IMG/VR virus record: IMGVR_UViG_3300033069_001536
Span: 2,386-66,385 of that record
Source: a virus
Taxonomy: Duplodnaviria > Caudoviricetes
Reading direction: 5' to 3' (one strand)
DNA: 64,000 nt
Of the stretch, positions 16,549-25,945 are shown piece after piece. Within the stretch, counting starts at the first letter, position 1. Each line of letters opens with the position of its first letter. The position numbers and the translations under genes were made by a program. Below the pieces are notes generated by a model. The model searched no databases. It saw nothing but the letters and a program-made list of their open reading frames with translations, and was not told the origin of the DNA.

Positions 16549-16812
16549 TTAATTAATAGTAAGATACTGCTTGTAAGTATTTCCAGTCTTTGCAGAAGTC
16601 CGGACGATAAAAAACTTTCCTTTACCTGATTTGAAGATAGGATAAACAACTCCTTTTTTATCTTCAAAGGTTTTGCCGGTGTTCACTGCTTTAACAGTCT
16701 GTGAACTGTCAGAACTGATTGAATAGTGACCTTTAGAGTTGATCTTAGCGAGTTGCTGCGCTTGGCTGCTGACTGCAATAAATAAGAATAGGATTGTGAA
16801 TAGTGTTTTCAT
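16549..16812 (-). CDS. small secreted protein with signal peptide
   Basis: MKTLFTILFLFIAVSSQA|QQ SPI-type signal; start re-called at 16812. Confidence 0.65.
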   Translation of the reverse strand: MKTLFTILFLFIAVSSQAQQLAKINSKGHYSISSDSSQTVKAVNTGKTFEDKKGVVYPIFKSGKGKFFIVRTSAKTGNTYKQYLTIN

Positions 16813-16850
16813 TTTGTGGTGTATTTGTGAATGATTATCTGATACAATTA

Positions 16851-16880
16851 TACGACAACATACGACAACATACGACACTA
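16851..16880. repeat. 3x 10-bp tandem repeat in putative early promoter
   Basis: tacgacaaca tacgacaaca tacgacacta. Confidence 0.75.
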
Positions 16881-17149
16881 TAAGTAAGATTTTATTGGCT
16901 ACAATATCAATCAGTTAGCAAAAATATTCTACTTCATCAATATACAAACGCCCAAAATCACGTCAGATTTTGCTCACCCTGCAACATGATTCAATAAAAG
17001 TCATTCAATGAAACCGGCCCGAACCAAGTCCGCAGAACCAACAAAACAAACTAAACATTAAATAAGATATCCTTAGTTAACTATAAGAGCTAAAGAGTAA
17101 ATAAAGAGACAAGACAAATAAAAAAAAAGAATACAAGCAAAGAAGTAAA

Positions 17150-17632
17150 TTAAGGCTTTGCAGGAATAGAGTAATTAGGATAGTCAACTCCAAAAGAAGC
17201 TAAGAAGGATTCCATAAAAGGCATATCAACTGCGTTTCTGTTATATAAATGGGCTGAAACAACTGATTTTTTATACTTTTTCATCTTTTTAATGTGTTCC
17301 GGCATATTAGCTTCAATAGAAAAGTCTTTGTTAATCAGATCTTCAAGGTTAATACCCCAATAATAAGCCAGGTAAAACAAATAATACAACGATAAAGGCC
17401 TGTAATCATTCAATTTATTAGTCTCTAATAAGTTTATTCCATCTTTACTTGTCTTGAAACTGTATTTAGTCATTAGATCACTTACAAGGTCATCAGCACT
17501 TAAACCACAATATATCCTAATACATCTTAAATTGTGTCCTACGGGCTTTAAAAAGCGGCTATAATGGCTAAATATTATCTTTCTTAATCCTTCGTCCATT
17601 TTAACTGGGTAGAATACTTTCCTTTTAGCCAT
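17150..17632 (-). CDS. XRE-family HTH transcriptional regulator (repressor-like)
   Basis: GHNLRCIRIYCGLSADDL..INLLE..LFYLAYYWGINLEDLI HTH pattern; start re-called at 17632; TATTTTTG box at 17664-17671 (minus). Confidence 0.65.
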   Translation of the reverse strand: MAKRKVFYPVKMDEGLRKIIFSHYSRFLKPVGHNLRCIRIYCGLSADDLVSDLMTKYSFKTSKDGINLLETNKLNDYRPLSLYYLFYLAYYWGINLEDLINKDFSIEANMPEHIKKMKKYKKSVVSAHLYNRNAVDMPFMESFLASFGVDYPNYSIPAKP

Positions 17633-17842
17633 AAATTTTATATTGATTTCTATTAATATCACACAAAAATACAAACCGTTTGCATCCGATGTGAAAAAAG
17701 TTGTCTCCATGCGGTGGCGCACCCTGACTCACTGCCTGATTATCAATCAGTTATATTTTCACCTATTTTTACTATTTCCGGATCATTCAGAGTCAACCAA
17801 TACTAATTAGAATCAGTCTAAACAAGGCGAATAATACTACCT

Positions 17843-17870
17843 TTGTCCCATAACTATTATTATGTTAAGT
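17843..17870 (+). other. dif-like XerC/XerD recombination site
   Basis: TTGTCCCATAA-CTATTA-TTATGTTAAGT; 11-6-11 layout, XerD arm 10/11 identical to E. coli dif TTATGTTAAAT, CATAA inner XerC arm. Confidence 0.75.
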
Positions 17871-18223
17871 AGAAGGTATTCATTTTAGCTCAATAACAGT
17901 GATTCATTATTTATCTTATCAATATTGCCTTGCTGACTGTATTCTGATAGTGGAATAATGTTGCAATTCATTAAAGTGGAGTGAATGGATCAGTAAAAAG
18001 TTGATCCGGTTTTTCAATCCAGGATTGCAGAGAGAAGAACGGGGGGACGTTTTTAAATCGAAAGCCGGTTTCGTGGGATGGGGCGCCAACCACTCATAAA
18101 TACGCTATTTCCTATTAAGAGGTACGGGGGTAGTCTGTAATACACAGAAACAAGCCGCCTTTTGCCATACGACCTCTACCTGCCCTCTTATGCCCAAAAA
18201 GTGCTGAGTAGTGTTAAATGGCT

Positions 18224-18231
18224 TATATTTG
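18224..18231 (+). promoter_or_regulatory. -7 promoter box
   Basis: TATATTTG 17 nt upstream of ATG 18249. Confidence 0.55.
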
Positions 18232-18248
18232 CTTTAAATTAGAAAAAG

Positions 18249-18476
18249 ATGATAACAGCAGTAATTTCACATGACAATGATGTTGCCGGACTTTTTAATC
18301 TGTATTTAACAGAGGCGGCTGATAACAAGTATTACGAATTTTCGATAAAAGACGGGATTTTAGTTCGAACAGATAAAAGCGATCGGTTTTCGGTTATTAC
18401 TCCTTTGCTGAAAGGTAGTAAGGAAGATATTGAGAAAGTGACAAGTTTATTTAAGGAACCTTTTAAGTTTGAATAG
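18249..18476 (+). CDS. hypothetical protein
   Basis: 75 aa, first gene after promoter box. Confidence 0.55.
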   Translation: MITAVISHDNDVAGLFNLYLTEAADNKYYEFSIKDGILVRTDKSDRFSVITPLLKGSKEDIEKVTSLFKEPFKFE

Positions 18477-18669
18477 TATGTATCAGGTAATAGAACAGAC
18501 TTACGAGGAGAAGGTAGAAATGTACCGGAATATTGACAAGGAAGAGTTGATCAGTATGTTAATTCAGGCGAATTTGGTTATTTCTTCACTGAAGCCGGTT
18601 GTTTCTTATGTGGATGAGCCTAAGAGTTTTACTATTGGAGATTCTGGTCTTGTGTATGAATTAGTTTAA
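18469..18669 (+). CDS. hypothetical protein
   Basis: 66 aa, overlaps previous stop. Confidence 0.55.
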   Translation: MNSMYQVIEQTYEEKVEMYRNIDKEELISMLIQANLVISSLKPVVSYVDEPKSFTIGDSGLVYELV

Positions 18670-18762
18670 TTCAGTCGAATCTGACGGAATAAGGATTATC
18701 TTTGTTTTGTCTCTGAACCAGTAATTAGCTGGTGTAGGAAACGCTCTACAATCTTGCTGGAT

Positions 18763-18796
18763 AAAAGCCTTCGATATAACAATTGGAGGCTTTTTT
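18763..18796 (+). terminator. intrinsic terminator
   Basis: AAAAGCCTTCGAT / ATTGGAGGCTTTT stem with G-U pairs followed by T-run. Confidence 0.65.
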
Positions 18797-19049
18797 ATTT
18801 GGACTCATTCTAAACTGAGTTGTTACGTATTATGTAATAGGTGAAATAGTGCTTCCGCCGGTTCTGACTGATCGATTTTGATTAAAACAGAAGTGTTAAA
18901 ATTGATTTGAAAAAAGTTTTATCTGTACGATGGAACGACCGCATTTTTGAATCAGAATCGCCGCTTTTGAGTGTTTTTGGAAATGTTAAAATCGGCTATT
19001 TTTGTTGATAATTCTCCGTATGTATTCGGATATATGGTGAATAATGGTT

Positions 19050-19057
19050 TATCTTTG
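19050..19057 (+). promoter_or_regulatory. -7 promoter box with upstream TGTTGATAA
   Basis: TATCTTTG; TGTTGATAA at 19003-19011. Confidence 0.6.
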
Positions 19058-19078
19058 GGAGATAAAACCAAAAAGAAG

Positions 19079-19498
19079 ATGATCAAAGCGTCAGAATTAA
19101 GAATTGGGAATTTACTAGAGTTCTCCAATGGCATTGAGCCAGCTAAAATAGTAATGGTAGGCAGGAGATTTTTTTCATCTGCGGCAATTGAGAAGGAAGA
19201 TGGGGATTTTAATGTAACTCCTTATTATCGAGGGATTGTTCTTACCGAACATTGGCTTATCCGGTTTGGGTTTTTCAAGTACAATAATGCTTGGGTGCTG
19301 AGTACTCCGAAAAGCAATTCTATTGAATTTGAGTTTAGTATATGGCAGGATCTGAGCTATAATACCGGGGAGATCAAGCCGGAATTGAAATATGTGCATC
19401 AATTACAGAACTTTTTTTCCTCTTTGATGGGCAAAGAACTTGTCCTAGACTCAGTTCCCACCTCTTCCACTGCTCCCGACAGCACCACCGCAAAGTAA
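19079..19498 (+). CDS. hypothetical protein of a recurring Bacteroidota-phage type
   Basis: MIKASELRIGNLL..LTEHWLIRFGF..LKYVHQLQNFFSSL; start re-called at 19079. Confidence 0.65.
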   Translation: MIKASELRIGNLLEFSNGIEPAKIVMVGRRFFSSAAIEKEDGDFNVTPYYRGIVLTEHWLIRFGFFKYNNAWVLSTPKSNSIEFEFSIWQDLSYNTGEIKPELKYVHQLQNFFSSLMGKELVLDSVPTSSTAPDSTTAK

Positions 19499-19576
19499 TC
19501 TGACTAATTTTCAGTTACTTAGTACAATTGTTAATAAGATGCTTACGTATATTATCGGATAGCGTCGTGTGTGTGG

Positions 19577-19584
19577 TACATTTG
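19577..19584 (+). promoter_or_regulatory. -7 promoter box
   Basis: TACATTTG 4 nt before ATG 19589; TGTTAATAA at 19529-19537. Confidence 0.6.
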
Positions 19585-19588
19585 AGGT

Positions 19589-19933
19589 ATGGAAAACGAA
19601 GAAAGAAAGCCAAAGTATCAGGTAGGTGATCAGGTAAGAGTTGTAAATTATGGCTCTTTGATTTGGATCAGTAAGAATCAGACTCCAGAAGAACTGAAGA
19701 TGTATGAGAATATGTTGAAAAACATCTATCATGATGACGAAAAGGTGTGGTGGGTAGATATGGGTAAAGATCTTATTGGCAAAGTAGGAACGGTTGGCAC
19801 TGTTTCGGTAACTCAAGGAGTTCCGGCATATTCATTAGATGGCATTCCGGAGAAAGCATCCTGGTATCAGGAAGGACAATTAGAATTTGTTACCGGGAGA
19901 AGAGGCGGCAAGTCGAAAAAAGAAATAATTTAA
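19589..19933 (+). CDS. hypothetical protein (SH3-like)
   Basis: KYQVGDQVRVV..IGKVGTV..AYSLDG..SWY. Confidence 0.6.
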   Translation: MENEERKPKYQVGDQVRVVNYGSLIWISKNQTPEELKMYENMLKNIYHDDEKVWWVDMGKDLIGKVGTVGTVSVTQGVPAYSLDGIPEKASWYQEGQLEFVTGRRGGKSKKEII

Positions 19934-19952
19934 CTCTATAAACCATACCACC

Positions 19953-20300
19953 ATGAGACTAACCCGTTACCAGATCGATGCGATCATTTTGCAGGTCAGG
20001 AGTGATGAAAAAAAGCAAACAGCTTTAGGATTAAGTAAGATCCGCAAGCAGTATTCCGGTAATGCTAAAATTCTAGCTGCCAAGTACCACAAGTCTTTAC
20101 AACAGATTCCGGCATCAGTACGCCAATTGCTGAATATTGAGTTCTATTCCATTGGTGCTATTCAGGAAAGATTGATCAAGCAGATTGTCCCGAAAGAAAA
20201 GGCGATTTCTTATGAAGACCTCCGCCGCAAGATCATCCTGGCCTCCATCGATGCCACTACAGTAGAGGAATTAAAACGTAAACTGAATATTAAATTCTAG
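19953..20300 (+). CDS. hypothetical protein
   Basis: 115-aa ORF in rightward run. Confidence 0.55.
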   Translation: MRLTRYQIDAIILQVRSDEKKQTALGLSKIRKQYSGNAKILAAKYHKSLQQIPASVRQLLNIEFYSIGAIQERLIKQIVPKEKAISYEDLRRKIILASIDATTVEELKRKLNIKF

Positions 20301-20301
20301 G

Positions 20302-20682
20302 ATGCCGATAGACTACAAGAAATATCCCGTTAATTGGAAAACAGAAATCCGTCCTGCAATATTAAAAAGGGCGAATGATTGCTGTGAGTTTTGCGGGTTA
20401 GAAAATTATTCTATTGGATACCGAAACGAAAATAATATTTGGAGTGAAATAGAGAAATCGTTTGCCGGAGATATGATTGCTGAGGACGCAAGAGAAATGG
20501 GGTATAAGGTTATTAAAATAGTTCTCACCATCGCACATCTTGACCACGACATTACTAATAACGATTACAACAATCTCAAAGCCCTCTGTCAAAAATGCCA
20601 CCTGAATTATGACAAAGCACATCACTCAAAGAACAACAGAGTAACACGAAATTTAAAAAAAGGATTACAAAATTTATTCTAA
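20302..20682 (+). CDS. HNH endonuclease
   Basis: CEFCG..VLTIAHLDHDITNNDYNNLKALCQKCHLNYD. Confidence 0.85.
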   Translation: MPIDYKKYPVNWKTEIRPAILKRANDCCEFCGLENYSIGYRNENNIWSEIEKSFAGDMIAEDAREMGYKVIKIVLTIAHLDHDITNNDYNNLKALCQKCHLNYDKAHHSKNNRVTRNLKKGLQNLF

Positions 20683-21069
20683 ATGAAAACCTCCCTTACC
20701 CTAAAATCCATTTCCTACCAGCTTCAGACACATGATTCTTTCATGGTAGTTGATAACGATAAAAGTACGGATATAGAAACAGTGTTCAAGCCGCTGTTTG
20801 TAAAGAAAGATCTTCCGGTAGTGGAATTTACCATCCGTATCCAGACGGTAGAAAAGTTTGAAGTCTCCCGGTATTACATGGTCCACTTTGAAGGTCATGA
20901 TCACACTCCGCCGTTTGTGTTCAGAAGTATCTCAGAGGACTTATTAGAGTGTACAGGAACTCTGAATAACTTAGATTTGTATGGAATAAGCGATGCAGAA
21001 ATTTCTCCGGTAGTGACCGGTGCCGGTATCCGGGAAAGTAGTTTAACAGGTATAACAGAACATTTATAA
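20683..21069 (+). CDS. hypothetical protein
   Basis: 128-aa ORF in run. Confidence 0.55.
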   Translation: MKTSLTLKSISYQLQTHDSFMVVDNDKSTDIETVFKPLFVKKDLPVVEFTIRIQTVEKFEVSRYYMVHFEGHDHTPPFVFRSISEDLLECTGTLNNLDLYGISDAEISPVVTGAGIRESSLTGITEHL

Positions 21070-21084
21070 CTAAAAAAAATAAAA

Positions 21085-21612
21085 ATGATACTATTAGGAA
21101 TTATTATCGTGATTTTAGTCTGTATTGGAATAGCAAAGCTGATTGATAATGCAGAAAAAAGAGAGGAAGGACGCAAACTTGCAGCAGCAGATCCTCAGCA
21201 ACGTGGGCTTTATGGAGGCATAGGTTCAGGTTCATTATATCATACAATGGATACAGTTTCTATCAAAAGAGAAAAGGTGGCGAGGACTTCAACTCAGGCA
21301 GAAAGAGATGATGATGACGAAGAGCAAAGAAAAAAGAGAAGCAGAGCGTATCCAGATCCTTTAATGCCAATTGTACCTCTATATGTTGATATTCCGAATA
21401 CGGGTTATATTGCAGCAGGAGATCCGGTTGGTTCAGAATTACACTTTTCAGGTTTTGGAGGTGGCGAGTCTGGTGGAAGTGGAGCCGGCGGATCATATAG
21501 TGAAAGCGGAAGTTCAAGTTCTTCTTCCGGGTCTTCTTATTCAGACTCAGGTTCAAGTTATTCTGATTCAGGTAGCAGCAGTTCTGATTGTTCATCATCT
21601 TCATCTGACTAA
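21085..21612 (+). CDS. membrane-anchored protein with Gly/Ser-rich low-complexity tail
   Basis: N-terminal TM helix; FSGFGGGESGGSGAGGSYS..SSSSD tail. Confidence 0.65.
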   Translation: MILLGIIIVILVCIGIAKLIDNAEKREEGRKLAAADPQQRGLYGGIGSGSLYHTMDTVSIKREKVARTSTQAERDDDDEEQRKKRSRAYPDPLMPIVPLYVDIPNTGYIAAGDPVGSELHFSGFGGGESGGSGAGGSYSESGSSSSSSGSSYSDSGSSYSDSGSSSSDCSSSSSD

Positions 21613-21614
21613 TC

Positions 21615-21914
21615 ATGACCACTAACGCAACCATCGGCCTTATCAGTGCACTCTGTTTAGGACTTGTTATCCTCTGGGATTACTTCAGGAGAAAGAAAGA
21701 GAGAGTGATTTGGTTGAAGACGTATAATAAAACTCCGGATTATGGAGTGGAAGAAGGGAAGATTCATCACGTTTTTCAAAAGCCGTTCACATATATATGG
21801 CATAATGGAAATGCTCCTGAAGGCGATCTTCCCACTCACGAAAAAGTCCTCGAAGACATTAAAAAAGTAGAAAAGATCAATGACACACCACACCCTCCAC
21901 AAGATCACCGCTAA
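21615..21914 (+). CDS. membrane-anchored hypothetical protein
   Basis: N-terminal TM helix followed by RRKK. Confidence 0.5.
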   Translation: MTTNATIGLISALCLGLVILWDYFRRKKERVIWLKTYNKTPDYGVEEGKIHHVFQKPFTYIWHNGNAPEGDLPTHEKVLEDIKKVEKINDTPHPPQDHR

Positions 21915-22101
21915 GATCCGTAAACTTCGTATTGAAGCCGGTTATAGCAGCCATGTAGACTTTGCAGAAGAAGTTCCCATGAACAGAAGCTCTTACTGTA
22001 AACTGGAAGGCGCTGCTCCCAATATGACCATGAAGACTCTGCTCAGGGTGCTGGCAGTACATAATCTAACATTAAAAGAATTTTTTAACGATATAGAATA
22101 A
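21880..22101 (+). CDS. XRE/Cro-like HTH DNA-binding protein
   Basis: KIRKLRIEAGYSSHVDFAEEVPMNRSSYCKLEG..NMTMKTLLRVL. Confidence 0.8.
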   Translation: MTHHTLHKITAKIRKLRIEAGYSSHVDFAEEVPMNRSSYCKLEGAAPNMTMKTLLRVLAVHNLTLKEFFNDIE

Positions 22102-22337
22102 TGAAAACCGAAGAAAAGATCTCCGAACTTGCCCGGATCCAGCTGGCAGCACAAAAGAATAACCTGGTGGCTATTGAAGCCAATCAGTATTCCTATAACT
22201 TAGGACAAGCCATGCACAGAAGAGACGAAGAAGCTGTGAAAATGTGGGGCGAAAAACTTGAAGATGCCAGAGGTCGGCTGTTCACCGAAGAACAGATAAA
22301 AGACAATATTCTTATTCTTGAAAATATACTTAAATGA
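22101..22337 (+). CDS. hypothetical protein
   Basis: 78 aa, TAATG-coupled. Confidence 0.55.
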   Translation: MKTEEKISELARIQLAAQKNNLVAIEANQYSYNLGQAMHRRDEEAVKMWGEKLEDARGRLFTEEQIKDNILILENILK

Positions 22338-22507
22338 AACTACTCTACCTCTTATTAGTCCTTCTTACTTTTGAAGGCTGTAATTCAGATCCTGCATATA
22401 CTTTCTTGGGTATCATGCTTGGAGCTATCGGTGCTGCTGGATTATTTGTCGTTCTGTTTTTCTCGTGGCTGAATAAATGTGAAAAGGGAATGGAGGAGAA
22501 GTTATGA
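22334..22507 (+). CDS. small lipoprotein-signal + TM peptide (57 aa)
   Basis: MKLLYLLLVLLTFEGC then a second hydrophobic helix; ATGA-coupled; not in ORF track. Confidence 0.5.
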   Translation: MKLLYLLLVLLTFEGCNSDPAYTFLGIMLGAIGAAGLFVVLFFSWLNKCEKGMEEKL

Positions 22508-22686
22508 AGACAATCGAAGAAATAGTAAATCGGATTGAAGAGATACTAAAGGATGAATCTAATATTAACGGTATTTTGTTTAGTGCTGAAGAGGTAAAAA
22601 TAGTATTGGATGCACTTAAAAAAACAACTGACTAACAACTGTTAATAAAAAGCACAAAAAGTTTCAAAATGCCCTTTTTTATTCCC

Positions 22687-22694
22687 TAAGTTTG
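22687..22694 (+). promoter_or_regulatory. -7 promoter box
   Basis: TAAGTTTG; TGTTAATAA at 22640-22648. Confidence 0.6.
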
Positions 22695-22860
22695 CATAAA
22701 CCACATCACGATGTTGCAAACGGCAAGTTTTTCCACAAAAAGATTCCCGTATTTCTTTATGATAGATGCCTCTACTCCGGTAGGGGTATTTTATTATACG
22801 TACTACGCAGAGAAGCAGGAAGGATTTCAGTTTAGCATTGTTTACTACTAAAAATTCCAC

Positions 22861-23178
22861 ATGACACTATCAAATGAAATTACATGGGTGAAATTTTCCA
22901 TGGAAATTTTTAAAGGCAAAGAGATCTACAACAAGAAAACCGGAATCACTCTTCTCCGCTGGCAAGCCTATCCACTGATCAAAGACAGATGGCAACAGGT
23001 ACTTGCTCACGAAGACCTGACCTACGGATGGAGAGAGAAAGAGCAGTATGTCAACGGGGAATTTGAAGGTCAGTACGTGAAGCAGGTAAAAAGAAGAGGA
23101 AACGAATACAGAAACAAGAAAAATGTTCGAGTTAACAGCAACGATACACAAGATATTAGTACCCAAGAGGGTGAGTAA
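22861..23178 (+). CDS. hypothetical protein
   Basis: 105-aa ORF downstream of promoter. Confidence 0.45.
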   Translation: MTLSNEITWVKFSMEIFKGKEIYNKKTGITLLRWQAYPLIKDRWQQVLAHEDLTYGWREKEQYVNGEFEGQYVKQVKRRGNEYRNKKNVRVNSNDTQDISTQEGE

Positions 23179-23392
23179 TGATCATTACGTTCTTCCGGTA
23201 ATTATTGCTCACGATCTGGATGGGCGCATGCAGTACAGGTACATGCAGATAGTCAGAAGCGGAGTAAAGGAAAAGATGACCGGTTTTACCGTAGGTGACA
23301 ACGTAAAACTGAAAATCGCCCTGAAAGGGAAAGAAAAAGGATCTCAGTACTATAACCTGGACGAAATTACAGGAATTGAAAAAGTAAACTAA
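23123..23392 (+). CDS. second DUF3127-like OB-fold protein
   Basis: ELTATIHKI..FTVGDNVKLKIALKGKE..YYNLDEITGIEK resembles 3205..3489. Confidence 0.55.
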   Translation: MFELTATIHKILVPKRVSNDHYVLPVIIAHDLDGRMQYRYMQIVRSGVKEKMTGFTVGDNVKLKIALKGKEKGSQYYNLDEITGIEKVN

Positions 23393-23399
23393 AAAGAAG

Positions 23400-23774
23400 A
23401 TGATAAATGTATTGATTGTTCTATTTTTTTGCCATTGGCTGGCGGATTTTACATGGCTTTCTACAACTTGGATGTTAAATGCCAAAAGATTAGGGAAGCC
23501 ACTATTTCCAATATTTGCACATGCAGCAGTACATGCGTGGATTATGTTTTTAGCATTATTATTAATGGGATATAAAGATCCTAAAATGATATTTACTTTA
23601 TACATCATTCAATTAGCCACCCATTTTGTAATTGACGTATGGAAAGGTAGAATGAACGGTTGGTTTCCTGCGCTACAAAATCCCGCTAATAAATGGCATT
23701 GGGTTGTTTTTGGATTTGACCAATTTCTGCATGCGCTTGTAATATTATTAATGGCTAAATACTTATTTTCATGA
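23400..23774 (+). CDS. DUF3307-like multi-pass membrane protein
   Basis: FCHWLADF..HAAVH..THFVID..FDQFLH His pattern, four hydrophobic segments. Confidence 0.75.
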   Translation: MINVLIVLFFCHWLADFTWLSTTWMLNAKRLGKPLFPIFAHAAVHAWIMFLALLLMGYKDPKMIFTLYIIQLATHFVIDVWKGRMNGWFPALQNPANKWHWVVFGFDQFLHALVILLMAKYLFS

Positions 23775-24148
23775 ACTTCACCACACACCAGACGCACTAT
23801 TTCTTCGGGACAGACATTTCCTCTGTTCACTTATTTCCAATTGCAATCGGGCTAATCATACTTGCGATCATTATCATTCAAACAGATGCGTATCTGCATG
23901 AAAAGATGAATTTGCCTGTAGATTGCGTATCTCCGGAAGACAAAGTTCACTTTATTCACAAAGGAGATAATTTCACAATGACCGTAGAGCAGAAAGAGCT
24001 GTTCGATCAGATGATGCCAAAGGATAAGGATTTGTTCTGCCGTGATATGAAGAAAATGGTCAAAGCACGATTAAAGAACGAAGCAGAGATTGCTGCTAAC
24101 CTGAATAAGAATTCCAACAAAAAAGAAGATAGAATCAAGTACCTATGA
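23771..24148 (+). CDS. membrane-anchored hypothetical protein
   Basis: single TM helix, ATGA-coupled. Confidence 0.55.
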   Translation: MNFTTHQTHYFFGTDISSVHLFPIAIGLIILAIIIIQTDAYLHEKMNLPVDCVSPEDKVHFIHKGDNFTMTVEQKELFDQMMPKDKDLFCRDMKKMVKARLKNEAEIAANLNKNSNKKEDRIKYL

Positions 24149-24390
24149 AAGAAATCGAAGACACATTAACTGCCCTGCTCCCACATGGCATCACACCATC
24201 GCTGATTGTTTTAGGATTCAAGCAACAGGAAGAACTCAGGGATTACTTTCAAGACAATAAAGTAATGATGAACCTTTCCGGAGATGCAGGAGATTTTCCA
24301 TGTTTCTCGTGGAACGGTTGCACAATAGATATTGTGACCTCGGAGAAAGAAGATTACTGTAAGGCGTATGGAAATAAAACGTTTAATTAA
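24145..24390 (+). CDS. hypothetical protein
   Basis: 81 aa, ATGA-coupled. Confidence 0.55.
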   Translation: MKEIEDTLTALLPHGITPSLIVLGFKQQEELRDYFQDNKVMMNLSGDAGDFPCFSWNGCTIDIVTSEKEDYCKAYGNKTFN

Positions 24391-24404
24391 AAACCAAAAA
24401 GAAG

Positions 24405-24610
24405 ATGGAAGAAAACAAATTTTACGATCCAACCTGTATTGTTACAGGAAAATCATCAGGACTACACATGCACGCATTGAGAAATGAAAAAGGTGAAATG
24501 GTCGGGTGGATATTTGTCAACAAGGCTATTAACTTCGATTCTCCTATAACCAAGTTGGGAATTAAAAATCAACTGAAAGAGATTTATCAAAGTATTAAAG
24601 TAGAGGATTA

Positions 24611-24611
<1 letters not shown>
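24405..24611 (+). CDS. hypothetical protein
   Basis: 68 aa in run. Confidence 0.5.

Positions 24612-25941
<1,330 letters not shown>

Positions 25942-25945
<4 letters not shown>

Noticed and set aside
17633-17722. Extended N-terminus of the XRE ORF
   Set aside because: Contains a TAnnTTTG promoter box; ATG 17632 is a better start
18680-18960. Possible ncRNA (short hairpins GTAG..CTAC, ACTCA..TGAGT)
   Set aside because: Only a terminator and weak 4-5 bp stems are supportable; no recognisable RNA family
21263-21634. Alternative-frame and antisense ORFs over the Gly/Ser-rich gene
   Set aside because: By-products of low-complexity sequence
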